Below are positions 1 to 9,589 of a stretch of 64,000 nucleotides of DNA, in pieces; the first letter of the stretch is position 1; each line of letters opens with the position of its first letter. The notes under the pieces were generated by a model, which did no database searches, was not told the origin of the DNA, and was given only the letters and a program-made list of their open reading frames with translations. The position numbers were made by a program, and so were the translations under genes. The stretch is from assembly GCA_963705165.1 (NCBI GenBank), contig CAVPJD010000031.1, forward strand, positions 34,819 through 98,818. Direction: 5' to 3'. Source of the stretch: an uncultured delta proteobacterium (lineage in GTDB: Bacteria; Desulfobacterota; Syntrophia; Syntrophales; UBA2192).

Positions 1-834
1 GAGTGGCGTTTCATCAAGGATCTCGGCACGCCCAGCGGCTTTGACACGGGCCGGACTGCCGGGTTCGGCGGCTCCGGCGGGTCCGGGACCGGCGGCGCTT
101 ATAATTTGTTCCCGGGGACCTCGACGCAGCCGACCTTCCCCGGCGGCTTCTCGCTGGGCGTTCTCGCAGCGGGAATCACGCTCGGCGGGATCGTCTTCCC
201 GAATATCGGCGCGGTCGTCAACGCCGTGCAGCAGGACTCTCAAGTGCACATCCTCTCGCACCCTCAGCTGCTCACGAGCGACAACGAGGAAGCAACGATC
301 ACCGTCGGCAAGAACATCCCCTACATCACGCGGCAGGAGCGGTCGACATCCAACGTGGACTACACGAACTTCGAATACCGGGACGTGGGGGTCATCCTGA
401 CCATCACCCCCTCCATCAACACGGAGCGATTCGTGCGCCTCAAGATCAGCCAGGAGATCTCTACGCTTGTCCAGGAGGAATCCACGGTGGGGCTGCCGAC
501 GACCCTCAAGCGCACGGCCAAGACGACCGTCATGCTCAAGGACAAGCAGACGATCGTCATCGGCGGTCTCATGGGAGACAGCTCCACGCAGCGCAACTAC
601 CAGGTCCCGCTGCTGGGCGACATCCCGCTGCTGGGATGGCTGTTCAAATCGAAGAACACGAGGCGCGAGAAGACGAACCTCTTCATCTTCATCACCCCGC
701 ATGTCATCGAAAACATGGCCGAGGCCCAAGCGGTGAAGGAGATCAAGCGCGAGCAGATCGAAGCGTTCGAGGGAGGGGTGATCAAGAGTTACGGTCCTCA
801 AAAACCCGTGGAAGCGGACAAGAAACTCCCGTAA
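1..834 (+). CDS. gspD: Type II secretion secretin GspD, C-terminal part (5' end outside window)
   Basis: Frame 1 is open from nt 1. Translation shows the secretin C-domain (VPLLGDIPLLGWLFKSKNTRREKTNLFIFITPHVI). Followed directly by gspE. Confidence 0.85.
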   Translation, partial: EWRFIKDLGTPSGFDTGRTAGFGGSGGSGTGGAYNLFPGTSTQPTFPGGFSLGVLAAGITLGGIVFPNIGAVVNAVQQDSQVHILSHPQLLTSDNEEATITVGKNIPYITRQERSTSNVDYTNFEYRDVGVILTITPSINTERFVRLKISQEISTLVQEESTVGLPTTLKRTAKTTVMLKDKQTIVIGGLMGDSSTQRNYQVPLLGDIPLLGWLFKSKNTRREKTNLFIFITPHVIENMAEAQAVKEIKREQIEAFEGGVIKSYGPQKPVEADKKLP

Positions 835-854
835 CCGGGATCGGGTGATAACGG

Positions 855-2630
855 ATGGAAGCGAAAGAAGACAAGCGTGATCCCCGGCCTGCGGAGTTCC
901 CCGGCCTGATCCATTCCGACGGAAAGCCCATCGTCGAGCTTCTCGATGAGGCCTTCGGTCCCGTGCCCGAGGGCGCAACGGCGATGCGCCGTACCATCGG
1001 GGAGATTTACACCCACAAGAAGGCCACCGACGAGGTGAGCCAGCTCCACAGCCTGAGCCTGAAATTCGGCATCCCCCTGCTGCCGGAGCTCCCCACGGAC
1101 CACATGAGCGTGGAGTTCACCCGGAAGGTCCCCATCCAATATCTCAAGAAGCAGAAGATGGTCCCCGTGGAGACGCCCGACGCCTTCCTGGTCGCGGTGA
1201 ACGACCCCTCCAATTTCCAGGCCGTCGACGATCTGATGCGGCTGCTCGGCCGCGACGACGCCGAGGTGGTGCTGGCCTCCGAGGGGGCGATCCTCTCGGC
1301 CATCAATTCTGCCTATGACCTGGGCCGTGATTCGGCGCAGGAGTTCATCCAGATCATGAACGGCGATTCGGCCGACAGCATCATCTCCGAGATCGAGGAG
1401 ACGGCCGACCTGCTGGACGACACGAGCGATGCGCCCATCATCAAGCTCGTCAACCTCGTACTTGCCCAGGCCATCAAGGACCGCTCCAGCGACATTCACA
1501 TCGAGCCCTATGCCAACTCGCTGAAGATCCGCTACCGGATCGACGGCATGCTCTACAACCTGCTGAACCTGCCGCGGCGGATCCAGTCGCCGCTGGTTTC
1601 GCGCATCAAGATCATGGGCAAGCTCAACATCGCCGAGAAGCGACTCCCGCAGGATGGACGCATCGCGGTAAAGATCGGCGACAAGAGCGTGGACATCCGC
1701 GTCTCCGTCATCCCCACGGCCTTCGGCGAGCGGGTGGTGCTCAGGCTCCTGGACAAGTCCCAGGAGCTTCTCACGCTCGCGGACCTGGGTCTGGACGAGG
1801 CGAAGATCGCCCAGTTCAACCGCCTCATCAAGTCGCCCTACGGGATCGTCCTCGTCACGGGGCCCACGGGCAGCGGCAAGACGACGAGCCTCTACGCGGC
1901 GCTCTCGAAGATCAACAGCCCCTCGATCAACATCATCACCATCGAGGACCCCATCGAGTACCAGATCGAGGGGATCGGACAAATTCAGGTCAACCCCAAG
2001 ATCGACCTCACCTTCGCCACGGGCCTGCGCTCGATCGTGCGCCAGGACCCGGATGTCATCCTGGTGGGAGAGGTCCGCGACCGCGAGACTGCGGAGATCG
2101 CCATCCAGTCCTCGCTGACGGGGCACCTCGTCTTCTCGACGCTGCACACCAACGACGCCGCGAGCGCCATTACGCGCCTCATCGACATGGGCATCGAACC
2201 CTTCCTGGTGGCCTCGTCGGTCATCGCCATCGTGGCCCAGAGGCTCGTGCGCGTGCTGTGCCCTCGCTGCAAGGAACCCTACGAGCCCGACACAGAGTCG
2301 CTCATCGACGCAGGGATCCCCCGCAACGCCGTCATCGGCCAGCCGATCTACCGCCGCAAGGGCTGCAACTCCTGCATGAACACGGGCTACCGGGGCCGGA
2401 CGGGCATCTTCGAGATCATGATCATGGACGAAGGGGTCAAGAAGCTGATCCTCAGGACTTCGGATTCCAACCAGATCAACGATGAGGCCGTCCGCGGCGG
2501 CATGTCAACGCTTGTCCAGGACGGGGCCCGCAGGGTCCTCGAGGGAATCACGACGATCGAGGAGGTGCTCCGCGTGACCCGCATCCTGCACCGCAACACC
2601 AATGCCGCCATCGAGGACGAGGCGATCTGA
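855..2630 (+). CDS. gspE: Type II secretion ATPase GspE
   Basis: 591 aa. Walker A VTGPTGSGKTTSLYAAL. Tetracysteine motif CPRC...CNSC typical of GspE/PilB ATPases. Adjacent to gspD. Confidence 0.9.
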   Translation: MEAKEDKRDPRPAEFPGLIHSDGKPIVELLDEAFGPVPEGATAMRRTIGEIYTHKKATDEVSQLHSLSLKFGIPLLPELPTDHMSVEFTRKVPIQYLKKQKMVPVETPDAFLVAVNDPSNFQAVDDLMRLLGRDDAEVVLASEGAILSAINSAYDLGRDSAQEFIQIMNGDSADSIISEIEETADLLDDTSDAPIIKLVNLVLAQAIKDRSSDIHIEPYANSLKIRYRIDGMLYNLLNLPRRIQSPLVSRIKIMGKLNIAEKRLPQDGRIAVKIGDKSVDIRVSVIPTAFGERVVLRLLDKSQELLTLADLGLDEAKIAQFNRLIKSPYGIVLVTGPTGSGKTTSLYAALSKINSPSINIITIEDPIEYQIEGIGQIQVNPKIDLTFATGLRSIVRQDPDVILVGEVRDRETAEIAIQSSLTGHLVFSTLHTNDAASAITRLIDMGIEPFLVASSVIAIVAQRLVRVLCPRCKEPYEPDTESLIDAGIPRNAVIGQPIYRRKGCNSCMNTGYRGRTGIFEIMIMDEGVKKLILRTSDSNQINDEAVRGGMSTLVQDGARRVLEGITTIEEVLRVTRILHRNTNAAIEDEAI

Positions 2631-2646
2631 CGCTCGGCGTCAGATC

Positions 2647-2777
2647 GCAGGGTCCAGGGTTCAGGGTATAGGGTCCAGGGAAAAATTAAAGCCCCGGGTG
2701 CTCAAGGCAGCCCGGGGCTTTCTGTCTGTTAGATGGTCCGTTCCTTTACCCTTTAGCCTTTAGCCTTTAGCCTGTAC
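2647..2777. repeat. Heptad-periodic two-arm intergenic element H1
   Basis: Left arm: gcagggt ccagggt tcagggt atagggt ccaggg. Right arm: cctttac cctttag cctttag cctttag cctgtac. The arms flank the gspE terminator hairpin. Confidence 0.8.
2688..2724. terminator. Intrinsic terminator hairpin between convergent genes
   Basis: Stem GCCCCGGG (2691-2698) / CCCGGGGC (2711-2718), with AAA before and TTT after. Confidence 0.7.
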
Positions 2778-2791
2778 TTTCTGCTTGCGCC

Positions 2792-3079
2792 CTACTGGCG
2801 TTCGTAAATCCGGATATCCGGATCCGCCATGAGGTAGGGCTTCAACTCTCCAACGACATCGTTGACGAACAGTGCGCTCTTTAAGTAGCTTTCTGCAGAA
2901 GCTCGCGAATCGAAGCCGTGAAGCACCTGCACATCCTCTTCCCGGAGGAGGAGGTCTTTGGACTCGGCGCCGGGAATCGTTGAGAGAAACGGCTGTTTGT
3001 ATTTTGAGTAGACCGCGCCGGCCTTGGGCAGGTCCGTCGCGGAGACCTTCATCGTGATCTCGAGATACGCTTTTTTCAT
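2792..3079 (-). CDS. Hypothetical small protein (95 aa)
   Basis: Clean ORF with AAGGAG RBS about 6 nt upstream of the ATG. No family recognised with confidence. Confidence 0.6.
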   Translation of the reverse strand: MKKAYLEITMKVSATDLPKAGAVYSKYKQPFLSTIPGAESKDLLLREEDVQVLHGFDSRASAESYLKSALFVNDVVGELKPYLMADPDIRIYERQ

Positions 3080-3124
3080 CTTTGTCTCCTTAACTTATTA
3101 GACAGGCAACAAAATACCGCAATA

Positions 3125-3191
3125 GCGTCATTCCCGCGAAAGCGGGAATCCACAAATGACTGGATACCGGATCAAGTCCGGTATGACATGG
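3125..3191. repeat. MITE-like double-hairpin repeat, family A (GTCATTCCCGCGAAAGCGGGAATCC type)
   Basis: Hairpins ATTCCCGC-gaaa-GCGGGAAT and ataccggatcaagtccggtat, bounded by gtcat...atgac. Related copies at 46412, 48771, 52458 and 63371. Confidence 0.75.
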
Positions 3192-3269
3192 TTGCAATGT
3201 TTAGTTGCCGCAGTAATAATTCAGAAAACACACTATACTAATGATACGAATACCCTTTACCCTGTCTTT

Positions 3270-4151
3270 CTACTTATACCCTTCGGGATAGAAATCATCC
3301 CAAACATTGGTCATCAGGCGCTTCAAGTCGGACCCGTCGAGCTTGATCGAGTATATCTCCCTTTTCGTCTCGTTGGGCGGGATGGCCGAAAAGAGGAGCC
3401 TCGCGTCATCGGCCGAGAAGGCTATGCCGCCTATGTTCTGGATGGTTGTCGCGTTCGGGCCGTAGGCGAAGCTGAAACGGTTGACGTGCTGAAGCGACGG
3501 GATACGGTTAATGTTGATGTAGTGAAGCATCATCGCTGCCAGTGGAATCTTCACCTCCGAGACCAGCAGGCTTCCGTCGTGGGAGACGACGGGCTGGCTG
3601 CCAGCCAGTATGGGCCCCGTGACCGTCCCCGTAGTGATATCTTGAAGATAGATTCCCACGGTATCGCCCGATCCTGTCCCGGTTCCGCGGCCGAACACGA
3701 GAGTGTTCGCGTTCCAGTAGTCATGGCCGAAGTTGTCCGTGACGCCCGCGGGGGGGGTGGTGATCTGCGTGAGCGACGTTCCGTCGGGCCTGATCCGGTA
3801 GATCTTGCCCTGGTTCCTGAAAATGATCCAGTCCCCGGCGGGGGCCCAGCGTGGACGGGTGCCCTGCGCCAGGTTCTTCTCGGTCGCGCCCGCGGCATCG
3901 CCCACCTGCCTCACGATGATGCGGTCGAACCCGCCGACGACCCTTTTGAAGGCCACCCACTTGCCGTCGTGCGAGACATCGGGCATCGAGTCGTCGAAGG
4001 CGGTCACAAACAGGGCCGCCGGCTGCAGCGGGCTTTCATCCGTGGCCGTCATCAATTGTCCCTTGCCCGTCTCCTGCGATACGTAGACGATGGAGGCGCA
4101 CCCCCACGTCATGAGAAGGCAGACCAACACGAGTACAATCATCTTTTTCAT
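3270..4151 (-). CDS. TolB-like (PD40) beta-propeller lipoprotein
   Basis: Signal peptide and lipobox (LLMTWGCAS). PD40-like repeats (DVSHDGKWVAF, WAPAGDWIIFRNQGKIYRIRPDG). AAGGAGG RBS. Confidence 0.7.
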   Translation of the reverse strand: MKKMIVLVLVCLLMTWGCASIVYVSQETGKGQLMTATDESPLQPAALFVTAFDDSMPDVSHDGKWVAFKRVVGGFDRIIVRQVGDAAGATEKNLAQGTRPRWAPAGDWIIFRNQGKIYRIRPDGTSLTQITTPPAGVTDNFGHDYWNANTLVFGRGTGTGSGDTVGIYLQDITTGTVTGPILAGSQPVVSHDGSLLVSEVKIPLAAMMLHYININRIPSLQHVNRFSFAYGPNATTIQNIGGIAFSADDARLLFSAIPPNETKREIYSIKLDGSDLKRLMTNVWDDFYPEGYK

Positions 4152-4360
4152 GGCATTCCTCCTTGGACCTGTGATGACGGCTGAGCTTGGTGTGATGGAT
4201 GACTGGGTCGTTGCCTGTATGCCGGCTGTCGAAAAATCAATTCGGAGTGAGCGGGTGGACTAATGACAGATGAACAAAAGGAATATCAGGACACGCTTAC
4301 CTATTAAGTAACGGCAAACCCTTTCCCCGTCAACAGAAAAATGAAGCTCCCTGCCGGTGA

Positions 4361-5059
4361 TCACCGGCCGTACACCGTCGGGTCCGTAATGCCGGCTTCG
4401 CGGAATCCCTTCTTCCGGAGAAGGCAGCTGTCGCAATCGCCGCAGGCCCTGCCCCGGGGGTCCGGGTCGTAGCAGCTGTGGGTGAGCCGGTAGTCGACAC
4501 CGAGTTCGGTGCCCGTCCGGATGATCTCGGCCTTTGTCATGTGGATGAGCGGGGTACGGATTGCGATTTTCATTTTTCCTTCGACGGCGGCCCTGATGGC
4601 AAGATTCGCCATGGCTTCGAAGGCAAGGATATATTCGGGCCGGCAGTCGGGGTAGCCCGAGTAGTCCACCGCATTGACGCCGATGAAGACGTCGGCTGCC
4701 TCCAGGACCTCCGCCCAGGCCAGGGCGTAGGACAGGAAGATGGTGTTGCGCGCCGGCACGTAGGTCACCGGGATTCCCGATGCGAGTTGCTCCTCGTTGC
4801 GGCCGTGGGGCACAGCGATGTCGGCCGTAAGGGCCGAGCCGCCGATCTTCCCGAGGTCGATCCGGATGACGAGGTGCTGCCGGGCGCCGAGAACGTCGGC
4901 TATTTTCCGCGATGCGTCCAGTTCCACGGCATGACGCTGTCCGTAATCGAAGCTCAGGCAGTAGAGTTCATACCCCTCACGTTTCGCCACGGCCATCGCC
5001 GTCGTGGAGTCGATGCCGCCGCTCGAAAGAATCACCGCTTTTCTCTTCCCTTTCATCAT
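4361..5059 (-). CDS. queC: 7-cyano-7-deazaguanine synthase QueC
   Basis: 232 aa. N-terminal [11 protein letters not shown]-loop and C-terminal [14 protein letters not shown] zinc motif. Confidence 0.92.
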   Translation of the reverse strand: MMKGKRKAVILSSGGIDSTTAMAVAKREGYELYCLSFDYGQRHAVELDASRKIADVLGARQHLVIRIDLGKIGGSALTADIAVPHGRNEEQLASGIPVTYVPARNTIFLSYALAWAEVLEAADVFIGVNAVDYSGYPDCRPEYILAFEAMANLAIRAAVEGKMKIAIRTPLIHMTKAEIIRTGTELGVDYRLTHSCYDPDPRGRACGDCDSCLLRKKGFREAGITDPTVYGR

Positions 5060-5075
5060 CGCTCCCCCTGTGGGC

Positions 5076-5104
5076 CATTATGACGGGAAGCGCGCTTTTG
5101 TCAA
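5076..5104 (-). promoter_or_regulatory. Candidate sigma70 promoter for queC
   Basis: Minus strand reads TTGACA, a 16-17 nt spacer, then CATAAT/ATAATG, about 20 nt upstream of the queC start. Confidence 0.4.
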
Positions 5105-5195
5105 CGCCATCCGAGCCATGCCTTCCTTTACGGGGCCGCCGAATTGTGCTACAAACAGCAATCAATCGGTATCACCCAAGGAATCCACCAGCCCC

Positions 5196-7265
5196 ATGCA
5201 CGGAAGCCGCACCCGCATCCCTCTCCCGACCCGGCGTCGAAGGCAAACAAAACGCGAAGAGCCCTCCTCGTGGCTCAAACCCGAGGCCGAGCCTGCGCTG
5301 AACGACGCGCTCGCCCGTATCGGAAAGCCCGAAGAACTACCCTTCAGGCCGGACCCCTTTCAGCTCGAGGCCATTGAGGCCATCGGGCGCACGGACTGCC
5401 TCGTCATGGCCCCGACAGGTTCCGGCAAGACCTGGATCGCCGAGCAGGCCATCCGGAAGATGCTCCGGGAGGGCAAGCGCTGCTGGTATGCCTCGCCCCT
5501 GAAGGCCCTGTCGAATGCCAAGTGGGTGGAGTTCGGCGACCTCTTCGAGAGCATGAACGTGGGCATCCTGACGGGCGACACGAAGGAAAACACCGATGCG
5601 CCCGTCATCGTGGGAACGACGGAGATCCTCCGAAACCAGCTCTACGACACCATGCACGAGGGGCGCGATCTGCCCTTCGATCTGGTCATCCTCGACGAGG
5701 CCCACTACCTCGGCGACGTGGAACGCGGTGTGGTCTGGGAGGAGATCATGATCTACCTGCCCGCGCGGGTGAACCTCCTGCTGCTCTCCGCCACGATCGA
5801 AAACGGCCGCCAGATCGCCGCCTGGCTCGAGGCCCTGCGCGGCAAGAAATGCGCCGTCATCGAGGAGAGACGGAGGCCGGTGCCCCTTTACCCGCTCTTT
5901 CTCCACCCGTCGGGCCGGCTCATGCCCTTTCTCGACAAACGAAGGTTCTACGGCCGTGTGGAGCAGTTTGCCCGCGAGCGGGGAAAGCAACAGCGCGGCG
6001 GCCGGGGGATGACGCCTTACGGCGAGATCCTCCGGGTACTGAGGCACTTCAACCTGCTGCCGGCCATCTTTTTTCTCCAGTCGAGGGCCGAGTGCGACAA
6101 CGCCGTGAAGAGCTGCCGGCAGATCACGCGCCCGGCGAACGTCGAGTTCGACGATGCGCTTCAGGAAATGATCGACCGCACGCCGAGGCTCGCCCAGCAC
6201 AAGCAGCTCGAGCAGCTGCGCCTCTCCCGGGTCGCCTCCCACCACGGGGGGCAGCTCCCGCCGTGGAAGTTTGTCGTGGAGAGCATGATGAAGCGCGGTT
6301 ACCTGGATGCGATCTTCGCCACGTCCACCGTGGCGGCGGGGGTGAACTTCCCGGCGCGGACGATCGTTCTTTTCAACTCGGACTATTTCAACGGGCACGA
6401 GTGCGTGCCGCTCGGTGCCACCGCCTTTCACCAGATGACAGGCCGGGCGGGCCGCCGGGGGCAGGACAACATCGGCTTCATGCTGCTGGTGCCGGGCCGG
6501 TTCATGGACCTGGAGCACGTCCGGAGGCTTGTCTTCACGCGCTCCGAGGACATCGAGAGCCGCATCAAGAACGACTTCTCCATGGTGCTGAACCTGCTTT
6601 TGTCCCAGACGATGGAGAACGTCCGCCACATCTTCGAGAACTCGCTTGCGGACTTCCAGCAGGACGAAGAGCGAAGGGGGGGAAAGAAAAACGCCGCCTC
6701 GCGACTCTGGCGGGCCTTCCAGCGGCACGTGTCGTTCCTCAAGGCCGAGGGTTTCGTGGGCGACAACGACCGGCTCACGGCCGACGGGGCCTGGACCTCG
6801 CAGCTGCGGCTCGACCACCCCGTGCTGATTGCCGAGTGCCTGCGGCGGGGAGCGCTCCCGAACCAGGACGCGGCACTGCTGGCCGCCGTGATCGCACCCT
6901 TCGTCTACGACCGGGGGCAGGACATCGCCGTGAAAAGGAAGGAACTGCCCAAACGGCTGGTTCAGGCCTACGACCGGGTGGTCGAAACCGTTTTCCCCAT
7001 GATGGAGAAGCTCGATGCCGAGGGCTTCGGCCTGCACCCCCTGCCCCTCTGGACGGCAGCCGTGATCTACGACTGGGCACGCGGCCGCGAATGGGACCGG
7101 ATCGTCGAGCGCTACGGATTTGCCGACGGCGACATGGCCATGCTCGTCTCCCGGACAGCCGACAACCTGCGGCAGATCGCCGCACTGCGGCACACCCACC
7201 CGGATGTGGCCGACCTGGCCTGGAAAGCACGGGAGTTGCTGCTGAGGGAACCCGTTGTATTCTAG
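5196..7265 (+). CDS. Ski2-like DEAD/DEAH-box helicase
   Basis: APTGSGKTW Walker A, LDEAHYLGD (DEAH), SAT and HHGG motifs. The track ORF starts at 5004 but overlaps queC, so ATG 5196 (or 5118) is more plausible. Confidence 0.85.
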   Translation: MHGSRTRIPLPTRRRRQTKREEPSSWLKPEAEPALNDALARIGKPEELPFRPDPFQLEAIEAIGRTDCLVMAPTGSGKTWIAEQAIRKMLREGKRCWYASPLKALSNAKWVEFGDLFESMNVGILTGDTKENTDAPVIVGTTEILRNQLYDTMHEGRDLPFDLVILDEAHYLGDVERGVVWEEIMIYLPARVNLLLLSATIENGRQIAAWLEALRGKKCAVIEERRRPVPLYPLFLHPSGRLMPFLDKRRFYGRVEQFARERGKQQRGGRGMTPYGEILRVLRHFNLLPAIFFLQSRAECDNAVKSCRQITRPANVEFDDALQEMIDRTPRLAQHKQLEQLRLSRVASHHGGQLPPWKFVVESMMKRGYLDAIFATSTVAAGVNFPARTIVLFNSDYFNGHECVPLGATAFHQMTGRAGRRGQDNIGFMLLVPGRFMDLEHVRRLVFTRSEDIESRIKNDFSMVLNLLLSQTMENVRHIFENSLADFQQDEERRGGKKNAASRLWRAFQRHVSFLKAEGFVGDNDRLTADGAWTSQLRLDHPVLIAECLRRGALPNQDAALLAAVIAPFVYDRGQDIAVKRKELPKRLVQAYDRVVETVFPMMEKLDAEGFGLHPLPLWTAAVIYDWARGREWDRIVERYGFADGDMAMLVSRTADNLRQIAALRHTHPDVADLAWKARELLLREPVVF

Positions 7266-7273
7266 CGCTTCGC

Positions 7274-7385
7274 GCAGGCATCAGGCTACAGGCAGCAGGC
7301 TTCAGGAAAAACGAGCGCATGTTTGCGGATCCCGGATACCGATACCCTCCCGCCTGTACCCTTGACCCTGTCCCCTGGACCCTGC
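7274..7385. repeat. Heptad-periodic two-arm intergenic element H2
   Basis: Left arm: gcaggca tcaggct acaggca gcaggct tcagg. Right arm: ggatacc gataccc tcccgcc tgtaccc ttgaccc tgtcccc tggaccc. Confidence 0.8.
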
Positions 7386-7401
7386 ATCGCGAATTTGCTG
7401 C

Positions 7402-7431
7402 TTGACAATTTTGTGCCGGGAAGGCTATAAA
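7402..7431 (+). promoter_or_regulatory. Candidate sigma70 promoter upstream of tRNA-Glu
   Basis: TTGACA (7402-7407), 18-nt spacer, TATAAA (7426-7431). Confidence 0.4.
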
Positions 7432-7493
7432 AGCAATTCCGATGGACAAACGGGCCGGATATCTCCGGCCCTCTTTTTACAGAGAACACAAGC

Positions 7494-7569
7494 GTCCCCA
7501 TCGTCTAGTGGCCTAGGACACTGGCCTTTCACGCCGGCGACCGGGGTTCGACTCCCCGTGGGGACGCCA
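7494..7569 (+). tRNA. tRNA-Glu (anticodon UUC)
   Basis: 76 nt: GTCCCCATCGTCTAGTGGCCTAGGACACTGGCCTTTCACGCCGGCGACCGGGGTTCGACTCCCCGTGGGGACGCCA. Full cloverleaf, anticodon loop CTTTCAC, encoded CCA. Confidence 0.95.
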
Positions 7570-7577
7570 GAAAACAG

Positions 7578-7618
7578 AAGGGGCAGGCCCGTCATGGCTT
7601 GCCCCTTCGTGTATTTCC
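7578..7618 (+). terminator. Hairpin terminator after tRNA-Glu
   Basis: 12-bp stem AAGGGGCAGGCC / GGCTTGCCCCTT (one G-U pair) followed by a weak T tract. Confidence 0.6.
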
Positions 7619-7727
7619 TCTCCTGAAAATCGAGACTGTCGCCCGCTCCCCTGGAAGGCTCACCGCCCCCGGTGCCCCCAGGGCCCATTGACATTGAACT
7701 TCGCTGTTGTTGTTTTTCCCGAGCGAT

Positions 7728-8531
7728 TTATCTCCAGGTTCGGATGTTGCCGCCGAAACCCAGGACAGCGGATATCTTCCCTGCCGTCTCCAGGAGGCGC
7801 GGCAGATGGTTCTCGAGCATGTCCTCAAGACTGACCGCCTGGCTGATGAAGGACATGTTCAGGGAGGCTTCCACTTCGCCCTGATCATTGAATATGGGCG
7901 TGCCGATGGCCCGGAGCCCCGGGATCCATTCGCCGTCGTTGGACGCATATCCCTTGGCCCGGACCTCCTCCAGGATCGAGTCGAGCTTTTCGCCACGCCT
8001 GCCGATGAACTTCACGGCGTCCTTGTCCTTGAGCAGACCCGTAAGGAGTTGATCGTAGTTGTCGCGGGACAGAAAAGCGATCAAGGCCCTCCCTGCGGCC
8101 GTCTGGTAGCAGTTCAAGCGGCTTCCCACATACAGATGGGTGTTGAGGATCCTCCGGACGGTGATCCGTTCGATGAAGAGCATCTCCGTGCGATCGAGAA
8201 CGGCCAGGCCTACATTCTGATCCGTCTCCTTGGAAAGGGCCTCCATGTAGGGGAACGCGGTTTGACGCAGATCCATCCCCGACAGAACGGAGAAACCCAG
8301 CGCCATGACCCGCGGCGCCAGGGCATAGGCTTTCGTGTTGGGATCCAGCGTTACGTAATTCATCGTCAAGAGCGTTTTGAGAAACCGGTGCACCGTCGTC
8401 TTGGGCAAGCCGGTCCTGGCGGACAGGTCCTGAAGGTTCAGATGAGGCTCGCTGGGGGTAAACGTTTCGAGGATCGCGAGCCCCCGGACCAGGGAGTTGA
8501 CACGTTTCGGTTGGGCCATTGGCTGTTCCAT
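7728..8531 (-). CDS. IclR-family transcriptional regulator
   Basis: N-terminal wHTH (VRGLAILETF...LSARTGLPKTTVHRFLKTL) and a C-terminal IclR effector domain. Confidence 0.88.
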   Translation of the reverse strand: MEQPMAQPKRVNSLVRGLAILETFTPSEPHLNLQDLSARTGLPKTTVHRFLKTLLTMNYVTLDPNTKAYALAPRVMALGFSVLSGMDLRQTAFPYMEALSKETDQNVGLAVLDRTEMLFIERITVRRILNTHLYVGSRLNCYQTAAGRALIAFLSRDNYDQLLTGLLKDKDAVKFIGRRGEKLDSILEEVRAKGYASNDGEWIPGLRAIGTPIFNDQGEVEASLNMSFISQAVSLEDMLENHLPRLLETAGKISAVLGFGGNIRTWR

Positions 8532-8690
8532 ATAGTGGGAAGAGGTATTGCAAAGTGAAATACCCTTTAGGGCCCTGTCCTGTCAAGCACAACCTGCCAC
8601 CTCCCGTCTTGATTTTGCCCGCGTTTCTCCGGTACACTGCGCCCTGCTTCATACGGCCCTGCCGCAATCCCGTCCGCAAAGGAATCCACC

Positions 8691-9521
8691 ATGACCGAAT
8701 CCGTTCGCACCCGCTTCAAGGTTTACTCGATCCTTTTCTCGGCCGTCGTGATCGGGGGAACCGCCGGCATCATGGCCGTAGAGGGCTTCTCGTTCCTGAA
8801 TGCCTTCTACTTCATGATCGTCACGATGGCCACGGTCGGCTACGGGGACGTGCACCCCGTCACGCCGGCGGGAAAGGTTCTCACGATTCTCATCATCATC
8901 ACCGGTGTCGGCACCTTCGTCGGGGCCATCGCCAACGCAACCGAGTTCATGCTCGTCCGCCGGGACATGCAGGTGCGGATGAACAAGCTCAACATGGTCA
9001 TCGGCGTCTTCTTCAGCGAGGTGGGGCTCCGCCTGCTGGCCATGTTCTCTGCCGCCGACCCCCGCCTGGAGGACATCCGGGGAAAGCTCATGGTGACGGG
9101 GAAATGGACGGACCAGGACTTCAGAAAGGTCAGCGCTGAGATCAGAGCGTATGACTGCACGATCCGAACGGACGCCATGGATCTTGCGCAACTGCAGGCC
9201 TTCACCCGCCAGAAGCGGGATTTTCTCATCCGGCTCCTGGAAAACCCGATCCTGCTCGAGCACGAGACCTTCACGGATCTGCTGCGGGCCGTCTTCCATC
9301 TGGCCGAGGAGTTGGCCTACCGCACCGATGTCTCGGGTCTGCCTGCCAGCGATCTGGGCCATCTTGCCTTCGACGTCAAGCGGGCCTATCTGCTCCTGAT
9401 CTCAGAGTGGCTCGACTACATGGGGCACCTGAAAACCAACTTCCCCTATCTCTTTTCACTCGCCTTGCGGACCAACCCCTTCGACCGCCAGGCACAGGTC
9501 GTGGTGCGGGAAGAGTCGTAA
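8691..9521 (+). CDS. Potassium channel protein (2-TM pore domain plus cytoplasmic domain)
   Basis: Selectivity filter TMATVGYGDV between two hydrophobic helices. Confidence 0.8.
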   Translation: MTESVRTRFKVYSILFSAVVIGGTAGIMAVEGFSFLNAFYFMIVTMATVGYGDVHPVTPAGKVLTILIIITGVGTFVGAIANATEFMLVRRDMQVRMNKLNMVIGVFFSEVGLRLLAMFSAADPRLEDIRGKLMVTGKWTDQDFRKVSAEIRAYDCTIRTDAMDLAQLQAFTRQKRDFLIRLLENPILLEHETFTDLLRAVFHLAEELAYRTDVSGLPASDLGHLAFDVKRAYLLLISEWLDYMGHLKTNFPYLFSLALRTNPFDRQAQVVVREES

Positions 9522-9589
9522 TGATGCACCCTCCCCGCCATGGCTTCGATATGGTATAGCATGGACACTATCACAGGCGGAGGTACCTG

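Noticed and set aside
798-2147. 449-aa minus-strand ORF antisense to gspE, plus several shorter overlapping ORFs in 1-2630
   Set aside because: It lies entirely within the well-supported gspE frame. Translation is Arg/Gly/Asp/Leu-rich low-complexity with no motifs. Typical GC-driven shadow ORF.
5060-5195. preQ1 riboswitch upstream of queC
   Set aside because: The leader between the candidate promoter and the queC start is only about 20 nt. It shows no preQ1 aptamer-like hairpin or A-rich tail.
5337-7405. 620-aa (minus) and 627-aa (plus, other frame) ORFs overlapping the Ski2-like helicase
   Set aside because: Only the 5196-7265 frame shows helicase motifs. The others are Arg/Pro/Gly-rich shadow frames.
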